Both the position numbers and the translations under genes were made by a program. The notes beneath the pieces were generated by a model. The model made no database searches. It worked only from the letters and a program-made list of their open reading frames with translations, and was not told where the DNA came from. A DNA stretch of 64,000 nt from contig OX597816.1 of NCBI GenBank assembly GCA_951406725.2, positions 145,576,001-145,640,000 on the forward strand, written 5' to 3'. Below, one piece after another: positions 1-14,307 of the stretch; within the stretch, counting starts at the first letter, position 1; every line of letters begins with the position of its first letter. Source of the stretch: Octopus vulgaris. Lineage: Eukaryota.

Positions 1-248
1 ATTTGTATTGTATTACATTTCTAAACGAAGTATCAGTGAGTTGCTTACTTTCCACTGTTTCGTTTGCCATTATCAGATCGTAAGCCGTAAGTATTATTGT
101 AATTATTTATTAATAAACATTTGCAATTAAGTCTTCTATAACAAATATCAGTTTTGAACTAGAATTTATAATTCCCTTTCATTAAGTGGCATGTATATCC
201 CTATTAAAGATGAATACTTTCGAATTATTATTATTGTTATCATTATTT

Positions 249-333
249 CGTTCTGAGTTGAATTTCCACCGAGGTCGACTTTGCCTGTCATACTAACGAA
301 GTCGATGAAATGAGTACCAGTTACGCACTGGGA
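249..333 (+). mobile_element. Truncated SINE, family A (tRNA-type head, Deu/Nin-like core)
   Basis: Matches the core of the copies at 6894 and 29985 (gttctgagtt..ccgaggtcgactttgcct..gtcgat..agtaccagttacgcactggg). Confidence 0.75.
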
Positions 334-344
334 TGGTTTCTTTC

Positions 345-2450
345 CAGATATAGATGGAGCAAGCAAATTAATGCTGTATTCATGGCGTGTTAATACCTGA
401 GCAGCCCGGTAGAGGAAAATGGTGCTCAAATTAGGGGTTAACGTCAACGTATGTATGATCATTGGAGAGAAAAAGGATTGTTTCAACTCACACAGAGAAT
501 ATGTGATCAAGCTAGGGCAATAAGGAAGAATTGTTCGTTCACAAAATTAGAGATCGAAGCTGTCAAATGACGGATCATGGAAAATAACAGCAGAGATGAC
601 AATGAAAATACAGTTCTTATTAATAAGAGTAGTCTCATAGCACAGGAAAGGATCAGTGGTAGTATACTTGATGAGATGCATATAGATTATCTAAAAGAAG
701 ATAATAAAACTAATGCCGACATGACAGATGAACAATAGGCAATCTACGACAGAATAAAGGTAAGACTACAGGAGAGCAATTGTGACATTATTTGCAACCT
801 TAAAAATGTTGATCGATGGAAATTGAACCAAGAAACGAAAAATGACTATAGAATTCTGAAATACATCAGAACAAACAACATCACAGAAGCAAATAATTTG
901 ATCAAGGCAGCAAGTAATGTTGTAGCAGAAAATGTGGGTTTAATGTCAAGTAAAAGAAATATAATGGGAGTGACAAGCGGAAAAAGCCATGGTGGAAAAG
1001 AAGAATCCAGGCAGGGTTAGACATGCCCTCCAAGGAAATCTCTGTGTTTGACCGAAAAGAGAAAGGGGAGCTGAAAAGCGAACAAAAATATAGGGGCACT
1101 GTAAAGGGAGTATAATATTGAAAGAAAGGCCCTGAAAGTAGTAGTGGAGGAACTGAAACAGCATCTCGTTGCAAAGAAAGCAACGTTGGTAAGATACGCC
1201 CAAAGAATGAAGTGTTACCACCAGAATAGGTTATTCGGAGTAGATCAGAAGAGATTCTATAAAGAAGTATATGGAGAGTGTACAGATTAAAAGTTGATAC
1301 CAAATAACATTGAAAATCAAATGTGTTGGAGTGACATCTTGAGCAAAGACAAGGAACACAAGAAAGATGCTGAATGTTTGCAAGAACTGAAACAAACAAT
1401 AGTCTGTCCAAAACGGTTAGGGAAGTGAAGGAAATCAGCAAAAAAATGTACAACCGGATGGCCCCTGGACCAGATGGAGGTCAAGGTTGATTTGGTGAAT
1501 GTCATGCACGTATAGCTGCGCAAATCAACACTTTATTAAATGCTGACCAAGTAACATCAGAGTGGTTGACATTGGGTAGGACAGTGCTGTGCCTGAAAAA
1601 CATAGAAACAGGCAATACGGTAGACAATTATAGGCGGACTGCCTGATTCCAATGATCTTTGCACTCTGCTTGATACCACTGAGAAAAGCAAAAGCTGAGT
1701 ATGTATTCAAAAGCCGCCAAAAAAATCAACCACTATTATTCATGGATGACCTCAAACTCTATGGTAAAGATGAAGCCCAAGTCAGTTCCTTCATTGATGC
1801 GGTGTACACCTTCAATGCTGATATCAGAATGCAGTACGGATTGAGAGTGGCAAAAGAAAATGTATGGACGGGCTAACGTTAACGCCGGGGGAGGTTATGA
1901 AGCAGATAGAAGAAACGGGATATAAGTACTTGGGGATTTTGGATATGGATCAATTGATTGGGAAGGAAATGAGAGGAAAATTTAAGGTGGGGTACCTGCG
2001 CAGACAATGACTGATCGTTAAGTCGAAATTAAACGGACGGAATAAGATCGAGGCTTTCAACACCTGAGCGGTTTCACTCCTTAGATATGGAACAGGAGTA
2101 ATCGCATGGACAGTAGACGAACTAAACAGTTTAGATAGAAGGACAAGGAAGTCGCTAACCAGATGTGGGTCACTCCACCCAAAAAGTTATGCACCACGAA
2201 AATGTGGTGAAGAGGACTTATTGGATGCGAACACAGGATTAGAGCACAAGAAAACAACACAGTATGGTATGTAAAAAATGCCACAGAACCGCTATTACTA
2301 AGTCAGGCTTGTGTAGAATGAAAGATTGCGAAGTTAAAGCACGATACAAGAAATTGAAAACGAATGAAACTGAAAATAGATGGGTAAAGAAAAGAAAGCA
2401 TGGTCAATTTCATAGAGATGTTGAAGATAAGAGAAAGTAAGAAAAAAGAT
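345..2450 (+). mobile_element. Decayed R4/Dong-clade non-LTR retrotransposon (RT, many stops and frameshifts, internal deletion)
   Basis: Fragments read [11 protein letters not shown] (~497), YHQNRLF..DQKRFYKE (~1215), LLFMDDLKLYGK (~1735), YKYLGIL (~1921) and SKLNGRNKIEAFNT..LRYG..W...EL..LDRRTRK (~2022-2150), all typical of R4/Dong ORFs. Confidence 0.85.
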
Positions 2451-2461
2451 TTCATTAGCCT

Positions 2462-2610
2462 TTACGCTTGAATACAAATTCCACCGAGGTTATCTCTCCC
2501 TTCAATTTTTCGGCGTAGATAAAATAAAGTACCTTCTGTGTATTGCGGTCGATGTAATAGACTTATCCCTTCCTCCACACATGCCGGCCTCGTTCCAAAA
2601 TTTGAAACCG
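2462..2610 (+). mobile_element. Degenerate SINE family A fragment
   Basis: caaattccaccgagg..gataaaataaagtacc..ggtcgatgtaat..ccaaaatttgaaacc resembles other family A copies. Confidence 0.6.
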
Positions 2611-5600
2611 CAATCATTTTAGACAATGTTTTTCTTTTTATCCACAGTGAAGATACAGACAATAAATATATACAGTAATTTTTCCACACAACAATACATA
2701 ATTAGTTTACAACATATTTATCATATAACTCAATAAAGTTGCCAGAGATTTTAATGGTTTACATTATTACCTATACTTCATAATTAATCTAGATTAATTT
2801 AAATTGTTGTCATATATATTCAAGTTAATTTTTATCTTTTAATTTCTAATATGTCAGTTTGATGTAGAAATAAAAATTGAGTTTAAGCCTAGTTCGTAAA
2901 TTTATGATATAATAACGGGAGTTAATAATAATAAATGACCGAATAAAAAATTCTTGGACACCATAGAAAATCTAAAACTGTTATTAAAATAAAAATAGCT
3001 GCTACTTGTTTTAAATGTCTTTTTTTAAAGTAACCAAAAATTTTGTGATCAGAGGGTTAATACTAAATTAATGAATGTAATTAAATCCTACAATTTATAG
3101 AACAATGGAGCAAATTGCATTATAAAATGAAACAGATACTTGCTTATGAAATAAAGTGAAAAAAAAATGAACTATAGAAATGAGGAACGTGAGAGAGTTT
3201 TATACATCAATGTGAAGGATTGTGTTTCCTATCACATACTTGTACATCAGGTAGAAACAAATTAAACTATAACCTCAAATCCTATTCAAGATGATATTAG
3301 CTGCATTCCTAAATATACTTATTCACTTGGTAACCCGTAGTATAGAAATCAATTTCAGACTTATTATTTTCGAAACATTTGAATACTTCAGAACTAAATA
3401 ATAAATTAATTGGGGAGACATTCTCAAATATCACTTTCAGAATATTCATCTATCTCTTAAATTCAGAAGAGCGCTTGTTTATATTTAGCAGGTAAATATC
3501 TTTAAGCTTATTTTTATATTTAATGGATCACCAATTACCATTTTCTTGACATCAGTTAAGAAGAAATATTCATTTAGATACTCTACGGATTCCAAGAACC
3601 CATAGAAGGGGCTTATTGATTGGCAACAAAAGAATAAGACTACAAAAAGCATCCGCTATAGTTAGTGTTTGCTTTCTCTTATCTTCGCACAATTTAGTGT
3701 TGTTTTCCATTTTCATACGTTAGTTTTGGTGCTGTTTTGCTTATATAAAATGTCTCTCCAGAGCTTGCTATGTTATCAAACGCCTTTCAGTAGTCAATGC
3801 AGTGAATGGTTTCATTCGTTTTCCAATCTCCTAAAATTATTTTGTTCAGTATTTGCTACACTTCATGCCCATACATGTCCTTACGCATTTACCTGTTACC
3901 CAGTGTTAAGTTATTATTTTTTGGCAGATGAGTAATCAGCTGATTATTGGGCATGGGTGAACCGATCTTGTATTAGATCTTGTATTATAACTTTGTGATT
4001 ACTCACCGGAGGTTAAATATATAGCCACGTTAGTGTGTATGCAAACATATTAAATTTTTCCGTCTTATATTCGTAGACATTAGTTATTCGTTTCTGTCAG
4101 AATATTGTACCATACCACTAATATTTGGCACTTTTATCGACATCAAAGTTTAAAACATAGCATGGTAAGAAATCTCTTTTGTATTACAAAGATTGAATTG
4201 ACCACTGTATGGTAGGATTTATCTATTAGCGGTGGTCAACAGTTTGAAATACATCAGATTTTCCTATCGGTTAGGGCAACGAATATGTATAGCAATAATC
4301 AGTAGCAGAGGTGTTCTCTCTATTTATCCTATGTCAGTTATTCCTATGAAATATTTTGTATATATTTCAGCAGCAACAACCTATCAAAGCTGGAGCTAAT
4401 AACATGATGGCATTTTTAAACCGTACTATTGGATAACTGTCTCTAATCTCACCGTTAAACCTGAAATGCTGAGTAAGGGAACTTAGTATTTGACATTTAA
4501 TTTATTGTCTCGAACGCAAAATGTATGAAACGCATTCATGATATCAGTGGAATTCGAAAACAGAATGCACATGTCCGGAACAAATAACACGTATTTTTCC
4601 AATATTCTAGCAATTCTTCCAAGTGAATCACGCTTGATGATAAGAAAAATAGCAATAAAAGAACGTCAGCAAGCATTATCATTTTTATTATATTTGTGAT
4701 GTTTTTCCATTTGCGCGTTTGTGAAATGCGAGAGCAATATAAATAATTGATTAAATATGCTATATTATTTTTGTGCTTTTAATATCGACCAAGTTTTAGA
4801 AATGCACAAATTAATTACAAAAATATGCATGTGAATACCTGTTTTTAGATATATATGATTGACTTCATGTAATATAGGGCCCAAAGAAGTCAAATGGGTT
4901 TACACTTGTAAGTATATTGATCTAATGCTATTATTCATATGCGATTAGTATGAAATCGTCATTAGGGCTTGTATAAAATAAATTATTTAAAATAATAAAG
5001 AAGATGAAATGTAATCCTATCAAGCCACCATCTGTTCTATTCACTGAATGGATTGATATTGAAGTACTTCAGTGGCAAGTATTTGAAAGCAATTCCTTCT
5101 CTATTGATTTTCATTTTTAAAACAAAGAACATAACATCAATTTACTAGATTACAGTTGAGCTTAAGTCAATATAAGTTTAATACAATTTATTTTCAATTT
5201 CTTATTGTGGTGCCTTACAAAGCACGTTCGCAATTCACGTACGTTTTACCAACGCATACCCACACACACACAAATTATATATATATATATTTACATGCGT
5301 GTGTATGAGTGTGAGTAGGATGTATGTATATCATATATTCACATATGTGCTTGGCAACTCAATCAGTTACACACATATACAATACTCATGTTGTCCACTA
5401 TGATTGTTTTCACAAAGAATCTCTACAGATGTTAATGTAATTTTTCTAATGTTTCCAGAGCAATTTAATTTATTTAAAACCTTTCCAAATTTTCAAATTC
5501 AACACATTTTGCCCGGTAGTCTGGGTCAATTTTTGTTATTTGTTCTTTCGTGAACTTTTTTTCTGCTTTACTGCTTTGCTAGTTTGTTTAATTCTTTTGT

Positions 5601-6893
5601 AATTTTTTTTATTAGTTTCTAGTTTCATTGTATTTAAATCCGATTTTCTTTGATTTCAATCTCTTTCTCGAGAATGGTTCTATTGTTGTGGTTTCTTTTT
5701 CTATAGCATTTATGTTCTTTGTAATTACATTGCCGTCAGCTTATGCTCCAGCAACTTTCGTATTCTAATTTAAACATAAGATTTCTTTACTAGTTGTGAC
5801 TCATACAATGTTGTATTGCATGATGTTGCCAAGTAAATGTATATCTGAATCGATTACATTTCATTCCCTTCGAAGCTTCTTACGTTTTGATCTCCTTAAT
5901 ATTAGGTGGCTCCGCTCACAATCTATCCTAATTGGAAGAGAATTGCAGTGGAAAATATATTTTTCGATCGTTTAACATTTTTTAATATTGAAATTAAGAA
6001 AAAATATCAAATATTTTTCCCGAAGAGAAAACTTGAATTCAATTAATGTGCAATTGCATTAGCTGTGGGTCTTTCAAATAAGTTTTAAATCAGTTTTGCT
6101 TCAAACGAAAAACAAAACACAAAAATAACGAAATAAACAAAGAGTATCAGAACGCAAAATTGACGATTCAAGCGATTTGAAATTGGATTCTTTATGCTAC
6201 AATTACTGTTTTTAACTGAATGAATAATACAAAACTACGTGATTAATTTCTTGCGTAATTCTATAGTCATGTGTCGGCACAAGTGAATCCAAAATATGTC
6301 AAATCTTTCATGGTTATATATTTATTATTGAAATATGAATGTGCTTAACATAAAATGATACGCATATTTCTAGGGCGCGTAGAGAAGGAAATGTTGCCGT
6401 ACTTTCTCGAGGAAATAATTTAGATTTTATTTCTACTTGAAGGTTCATTCGAAAAAGTGACCATTGTAACGTACACTTCCAACCCACAGATTTGGGGAAC
6501 TACTTAAACGAAACTGACATTCAACGTTCAATAAATGTTCTGAGATGTTGTTTTATGTCGACTTCAATGATTTAGCAATAATATGCTTGGTCTATTTATT
6601 AGCATAAATGAACACATATTTTACATGTTTGTACATCAGTTAAAAACTGAGAGCACTCCAGATCTAATAAGAAAGTAACTGATGTAAAGTGATTAATTCC
6701 TATAGATAATATTCGCGAACGATGAGATACTGCGTCCAATTCTTCAGTATAATGCCTTCAAGATCAGATACTTTGATAAACACTATTTTCCTAAAATCAT
6801 ATATTTTGTGGTATATATTCAGACGACGTGACGAAAAGAATAACCGTACCCAGGTGGTTCGAGATTGCAAATTATATCCCACTACCTGTAGGG

Positions 6894-7113
6894 GGCGGCG
6901 AGCTGGCAGAAACGTTAGCACGCCGGGCAAAATGCGTAGCCTTATTTCGTCTGTCGTTACGTTCTGAGTTCAGGTCGACTTTGCCTTTCATCCTTTCGGG
7001 GTCGATAAATTAAGTACCAGTTACGCACTGGGGTCGATGTAATCGACTTAATCCGTTTGTCTGTCCTTGTTTGTCCCCTCTGTGTTTAGCCCGTTGTGGG
7101 TAGTAAAGAAATA
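6894..7113 (+). mobile_element. SINE family A with a 21-bp target-site duplication
   Basis: ggcggcgagctggcagaaacgttagcacgccggg head; cctttcatcctttcggggtcgataaattaagtaccag core; TSD tatatcccactacctgtaggg at 6873-6893 and 7114-7134. Confidence 0.9.
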
Positions 7114-8243
7114 TATATCCCACTACCTGTAGGGATATTCTCGGATTATATCTAAAGATCAAAATTTACAAATCACAGAGAATTTCATATCATGCTCGCA
7201 CCAAGTAAATGAAGATGCACCTATTTTGTGTCTCTATAACGCATTATGTATATGGCAGTATTTATTGAGATTTTACAAAATTTACCATGCATAACTTATA
7301 CAAATTATAGACTTCATGATAAACACAGAAAAAAATGATAAATTGTTTTACACCACTCAACTCGCACGCACGCGCGCGCGGGCACACACACACGCACACA
7401 CACACACACATACACACACACATACACACACACACGAACGTGTGTATTTAAATTATATGCTATTTATAAGTTAGATTGTGCTATGCGCGTGTGATGACAA
7501 ATTGCTCTTCACAGAAAATTACTAGAATTTCGAGAAAGAGTGACCGAAATGTAATAAAATCCACAGAAGTAAATATAGGTCTCTATAAAGAAATATGTTT
7601 TTGTGTTTGTGTGTAAACATGCGTGTAAAGTGTTTGCGTACAATTGATGCATTTTTTTTTTTGTTAAGAAATTAATCTAGAAATTGTTGAATTTATCATC
7701 TCACTGTAGATTATTTTGTTTTATTCTGTTGACAGCATACATAGTTTTTCCTTAACTCTTGCCGGCAGTGTGTCCTTTATCGATCCGTACTACAATTGTG
7801 AAAAAGTAGTATGGTTTTTCCTGGAACATGTAGAAATTATTGTGGAAATGTAAGACTGATAACTGCAGAGGTTTAGAAGCTGAGCTATGCCCCTAATGAT
7901 TCACCACCAGTGAAGGGATTGTATTGATGCTAGTATTCCAACTATTTGCGACAAAGTAAGCATATTGACATAGCAACTAAACACAATTTAATTGATTTTA
8001 TTTCGCCTTTCAGTAAATCACCGGTCATGAAACGACATGGTTAGCACCCAACAAATGTTCGTTCTTTATGAGTTGCGATTCACTGTAAATAGAACATATG
8101 TTTTATACTACATATATTTTATAGATCTTGTTCCATAGGTTTCAAACGAGTGAGAGCAAAGTCACATGAACTACTTTATAACTAATTACTTTAATCTATG
8201 CTCTTTTTCCGGTTAATGGTTTCAAAAAAGGATGGAATGAGTT

Positions 8244-9050
8244 TATGAGGTGCATTCAAAATCTATCCGTCGTTACTCTTTCTCGCCAAAGCTAATGCCA
8301 CTGGACAAAATCATTTCGGCTGGGGGTGAGGGCAGCCTTCTTATACAGCGGTAGTTTTCATCGGTTTCCGGCTTTTACGCCTTGAGTACAAACATGTTAT
8401 GCGCGTTGGTTGAATTTTGTTTTCATGGAAGATGACCGAACGCATCTACCAGTGACCATAAATCCAAGTCTCATCATCAGTCATTATGGTTTGCATGAAG
8501 CCTGTGTCGTGATTTGCACTGTTCGACATGGCCTGAACAAATTTTCATGCGGAGTTGCAACTGTAGATACGCCAGCGCCCTGGGGAAGAATTTCGCCGAC
8601 ACTCTGCGTGCGCAAATCCTCCGTTGAAACGGAATGCACTGATTCCACTTCGTAAACAATTTCCTGGATTGTCACCTAATGGTCTATTTGCCGAATCTCC
8701 TTAATCGGCTCCTTGTTTCAGCTTGTGGATCTGAGTTTTTGCCATGGTATCATCGCCAAAGGCCTGCTGGATCTTCTAGGTGGTTTCAGGTTGAGTATCA
8801 CTAAACTTTTAATTAAATTTGATACAATATCTCTGTTCGATGCATTCGGTTAAAAGGAAAATCTGATGAGCATGCACTATACATCTCTACTCTGAGCGTA
8901 ACAATCGGAAACCGACGCTGCTAACTGGCGCGAAATTTCTCTCGCATGTGATGGAAGGGTGTTGTGAATGTCTACTCAGAGGATTTTTCTTGGGTGGCAT
9001 TAGTTTTGGCAGGAGCTAATATAATCTGATACATTTTGAACACAAGGAAT
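8244..9050 (-). mobile_element. Internally deleted mariner-like DNA transposon with long imperfect TIRs
   Basis: Terminal attcaaaatctatc / gatacattttgaac and subterminal gccaaagctaatgccac / gtggcattagttttggc inverted pairs. Minus-strand remnant ..VTIQEIV..TEDLR..RRVSAKFFPRAL resembles the mariner HTH/WVPR region. Confidence 0.75.
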
Positions 9051-10105
9051 TAATTACTAGCATTTATAAATTTAACACGTTCAAATTTTGTTCATTTTCG
9101 TAGCAATATAATATTGTAGTAGTGAAATAGAACCGTATATGAACTAAATCAATTTCAAGTTTGAAATAAGTATTGTATCTGTATTTGTGGTATATTTTGT
9201 AGAATGTGTCTGTAAAATTGAGAGAGATAGAGGAGGGAAGATAGACAAATTGATGGGTAGAGGGATAATTGAAAGTGTGAAAGAAAGAGAGAGTAAAACA
9301 GACACGTAGACAGAGATAGAGTATATAATAACGCCAGTCTAGAAAGTTATCTCTATAAATTTTTTATAATGGCTTCAACAAAGAGTGATTTAAAGTATAT
9401 TTTTATCGATGATCTTACATTTAAGAAATACGAAAGAAACTTTGCTGCAAAGCTTCTCCAATTCAATTGACTTTGAATTAATCCAGGATTTGCGTTGTTT
9501 AAAATCCAATAGTAAATAATTGTATAGGTAGTCTTTGTCTATTTTCTTTAACAGTTTAAATGAAACAATACGGAGATTATAGCAACACGACATTGGAAGA
9601 AATATTCCTTGAGATATGTTACTCCCTCTCACTTTAAAATTATACGTCACCAAATGACTGACTGAGGCAGTAAACATCATAAAATATAGAATGGAATGGT
9701 GTTTCGTAGATATATCATCTCTGAACTCACAAGAATCTAAATACAATTCAAAGAGAGTTATTTCCCTCACACTGATATATCATACATGTATGCAGTTAGC
9801 ATCATGTATTATTTAGGCTCTCGATATACGTATAAATTGATTTTTATGTAATAGTGTTTATGATTTCTATGTTATGCAAATTTCTTCTTTTCACTTTTGC
9901 AATAACTCATACGAACTTTATTGTTTAAACATCGCGTACACCTAACATTAATAATAAACATAATAATCTCTCTTATAATGTCAGGAAAATAGTTCGCTTA
10001 TAGTTTTGTAGACTTCTATTGTACACACACAAAAAAACGACACCTACAAACATATATGCACACATTTAAACATCTATCAACACACACATTAGTGTGAGAC
10101 AGTGA

Positions 10106-10118
10106 CAGAGAGAGAGAA

Positions 10119-10183
<65 letters not shown>

Positions 10184-10252
10184 ATGTGCGTGTGAGAGAG
10201 AGGAGGGAAGATATACAAAGAAAGGAAGAGGGAAAGCGAGAGAGAGAGAGAG
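10106..10252. repeat. (GA)n / purine-rich microsatellite
   Basis: Direct inspection. Confidence 0.95.
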
Positions 10253-11689
10253 CAGTGGATCATCAGCTCACTATAGCATGTTGCTCTCTATACTGATATA
10301 CTTCTCTGTATCTTTCTCTTTCTCTTTGTAGCTTTATCATCCCTTCCTCTGTTGTATTTCTTCTATGATAATGTCTACATCATGCGCGCTTGTGTGTGTG
10401 TGTGTGATTGTGTGTATGTATTCAGAAGGACTTATACATTTAGAAGAAAACACACACGTTCACACACCTATATTTACATACGTTCACTGTATTTTTCGAT
10501 ACGATCCTCATTGATGTAGGTTTCAAAGTTTTCAGTATTTCCCCGAAGTTTACATAAGTAATATATCTGAGAAGCCTGTGGCTTTAATAAATCTATAACA
10601 GTGATTCAGTGAATAGATGTTCAACTGACCAATAACGTCAAGTCACGTCTAAATATTGAACAAGGTATTTGTTATATTATGTCTAATCCAATAAAAATAT
10701 CATGTTGATATTTTGCGTCCAAAATAGAAATGTAATTAAAATTCTTTTCTGACGTGGCTTGGCAAGAATACTAACTTTACCGAATTACAGAGCAACATTT
10801 CCAATAGTGCACAAGAGTAAACATGATTGCCGTCAGGTGGCACATAAATTTTAGAGGACTGGATTCTGATTAATTGAATGATTCTGCTTTGTGCGTTCAA
10901 GTTGCATTACTTTCTAATTTATTTTTCCTGCAACCATAAATTTGGAACAAAGATAGACAATCTTAAATCTAACGCTAAATTCCATACAAGGTATGACTTC
11001 ACAGTACTCTCTCTGATTTGAAGCACATTAATCCAAGAACTAAAATATATTGGTCTTATTCGTCAATAAAATGCAGTTATTTGTGCCTATACATTACCAG
11101 TGAAGCGATATACCATAAGCTGTATCATTAGCATTACTATGATAATAAGGTTCTTCGTTATTTGCACAAACTGTGAATATCGCATGCAGGTATTTTGTTG
11201 CATATGAATTTATATTTATAGCACGAAGAATCCCAGTTCTCAACATAAGAAAAACGAAAATATTGACCACAAACTAAATCTCAAATGGAAGAAGTTCACG
11301 CTATTAGTACACTAGGGTTTATTTCTAATTTTATATTCCCTTAGATTATCCACATCTAGTGAAAGAAGGAGCATAGTGAACTTATTGTAAACTACTGAAA
11401 TTTATCTCACATAATAGAAGTACAGTTTTATAGCATTTTATATACATCATGTCAACGATGGAATATGTATATATTTGTATCAAACCGTAGTATGTACTTT
11501 AAAACGATAAATATATATTTTTTTATATAAATGTGAACAAAATATTTGCGTTCTCTTAGAGTCCACTGCATAGTCATTTTGTAAATTAGGTTTTCCAACA
11601 ATTATACATATCTGCATTTCCGTTGTATCTCCATGAAATGCAATAAATGAAATGTTTATTTAACTATTTTAAATATGACCTGCATTGAA

Positions 11690-11870
11690 AGCGGCCAGTT
11701 GGCAAAATTCTTACCGGAGTTTCGTCCGTCATTACTTCCAGAGTGGAGATTCCGCCGAGGCTGACTTTGCCTTTCATATTTTCAGAGTCGATTAAATAAA
11801 TACCAGTTGTGAACTGGGGTCGGGGTAATTGCTTTCTCCCTCACCTCCAAATACCGATCTTGTATTAAAA
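11690..11870 (+). mobile_element. Degenerate SINE family A
   Basis: gcggccagttggcaaaa..attccgccgaggctgactttgcctttcat..gtcgattaaataaataccagt..actggggtc. Confidence 0.7.
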
Positions 11871-12781
11871 TAGTGCCAAATAAACATCGGAGCATGAAGC
11901 AGTCCAACGTCACTACACTAAGAAGAATGAAACAATGAAGCGGGTGAGCTACGTTGACAAAACTGCAACTTTATTCCCTGGAGCGAAGGCGCGAGAGATG
12001 CGCAAGAATCTATATATGGAAAATGCTAGAGGTGCTATTACATAATTTCGGCATTAGTGTAACGTTATACTAAGTATTTTAGTTTTTATTACTGTTTATA
12101 ACAGTTACAATGTTTTTTATATAGTTGCTTTCTTATTGTTTAAGATAGTTTTCCCTTTAAACGGAGCTTGACGCAAACGTCCCAAACATCTCAAACATTA
12201 TTATTGGAAAAAAATTCAGTCTTACACCTATTTTTGGGATATCCCAGCATATGAGATATTTCGTCATCAGAGCGAAATAGGGAAAATGAGAAGGGTAGAT
12301 ATTAATGAAATGACAGAATAGAGGACGGGGTTAAAAGAATAAGGAGATGAAGAGAGAGAAGAAAAAGAAACATAAAGTTCATAGTTCAAGTTTCCGATAT
12401 TTTAGAGAGAAGTGCATAAGTCTTTAGGTACAATCCTGCGTAGGTCCAATTGGGTTAAAATCCTGATATTGTAAACATCCACAAAAAGACGCGAAAATAT
12501 CAACGTTCAATAACAGAAGGGTAGCAATGATGGCTATTAAGTGGTGAAAGGAAAGAAAAGTAAATGAATAGAAAGAGAGAAATATAGAGTGAAGGGGAAA
12601 TTAAGGATTGTTTTTTGGGTAAAGTATAGTATATAAATATATGGTGTCTAAGATATGGTGTACCTATACATATATTTACATATAAAGATACACACACACA
12701 CATGGAAATATATACACAGATAAATATATACATATATATATATACATGTATATATACATATATATACATATATGTATATAT

Positions 12782-12831
<50 letters not shown>

Positions 12832-12852
12832 TTATATATATATATATTTATA

Positions 12853-13022
12853 TACTTTGATACTTTGATACTTTGATAGGTTTCGGCCATTATTGGCCCA
12901 GGCCATGTCTAACTTAATAGCACCACCTGGTGAAGTCTTTCAAGTCAGAATTTGGGCACTATGGCCCAATCTATCTTTTTTGTGATTGCCCTTTGAGGTG
13001 CTTCAACTTTTATGATACTTTG
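12853..13022 (-). mobile_element. Bipartite 3' fragment of a sister subfamily of the CR1-group LINE, with (TATCAAAG)n tail
   Basis: Reverse complement aligns to LINE ~18596-18649 (QSIIKVEAPQRAITKKID vs QNIMRIEAPQRSITKKID) and then directly to LINE ~19044-19137. Confidence 0.9.
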
Positions 13023-13234
13023 TATATATATGCATATATATATATATATATATGTGTATATATATGTATGTACATGTATGCATATTTCTGTGTGTTTTTC
13101 TATCGAAGAGCCTAGGCTAGAAACTTAAAAGACTTTCGCAATTTCCAAGCGTTAAACAAATACATTTGGTTGTTGTTTACGCACCCGTCTTTGTCTATTC
13201 TTTTTTGTAAATTCTCATTATACATAAATATATA

Positions 13235-13253
13235 TCTATATCTATCATATCTA

Positions 13254-13306
<53 letters not shown>

Positions 13307-13315
13307 CTCTCTCTC

Positions 13316-13409
<94 letters not shown>

Positions 13410-13495
13410 TATTTATATATATATAAATATATATGTGTGCGTGTGTATATATATATATATATATAGGTATATATATACACCTATATATATATATA
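13235..13495. repeat. Compound (TATC)n(TC)n(TA)n microsatellite
   Basis: Direct inspection. Confidence 0.95.
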
Positions 13496-14307
13496 ACCCT
13501 GTATTGATGAGCATTGTTCTATTATTCCATTACTCCATATTTTATGAACTATTCCATTACTCCATATAGTTTATGAACTATATTTGGAATACAAGACAAT
13601 ATAACTGATTTTACATATGAATATTACGGATTTTTGTAGAAAACTAACCAAGGAAGTATATATGGATTTAAAGACTCGCATCAAAAGCAGTAATTTTTCA
13701 AATTTTAAGTTAATGTATATTTCGAACAAACACCATTTCATAGTATTACTTCAAATTTAAAAAAAAAAAATACCATTCGATATGTTATACAAAATTCAAA
13801 TTTTATATCTGGGAAGAGGAGAAGAGTTGTCTATAAGTGCTTATCAATATAGGATTCTATTATAGGGACAGCACTTCCGTGAAACGATCGTAAGATGTTT
13901 TAAATACTTAATTCAAAACTTTTAAACTGTCATATACACATCATATATTTATACTTATACATATTTACATATATCTTTATAGACATTTATATATTTTTAA
14001 TACAACAATTATTTTTCACACGTGTATATCTTTCTGAAGAGTTTTCTGATATTGATTTCCTGATATTAATAATAATATATTATTAAAAAATATATTTATA
14101 CAATCGCTCGTATTAAGTATATAAATACTTAAATAGTATAAATACTTTGATACAATAGAGCACTCAACTCAATATAAATTCAGTATACAATATCTTCCTT
14201 GAATATATTTAAGTAAAACATTATATATACATATATACACACATATATTTATACATATATATATACATATATATATATACATATATATATGCATATATAC
14301 ATATATA

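Noticed and set aside
4371-4471. Exon-like segment (tttcag acceptor, gtaagg donor)
   Set aside because: Stops in all three frames; there is no other support.
13100-13135. tcgaagagcctaggctagaaac, hammerhead-like
   Set aside because: Core and stem II cannot both be formed; too degenerate to call.
13524-13580. ~28-bp tandem duplication
   Set aside because: Ordinary local slippage.
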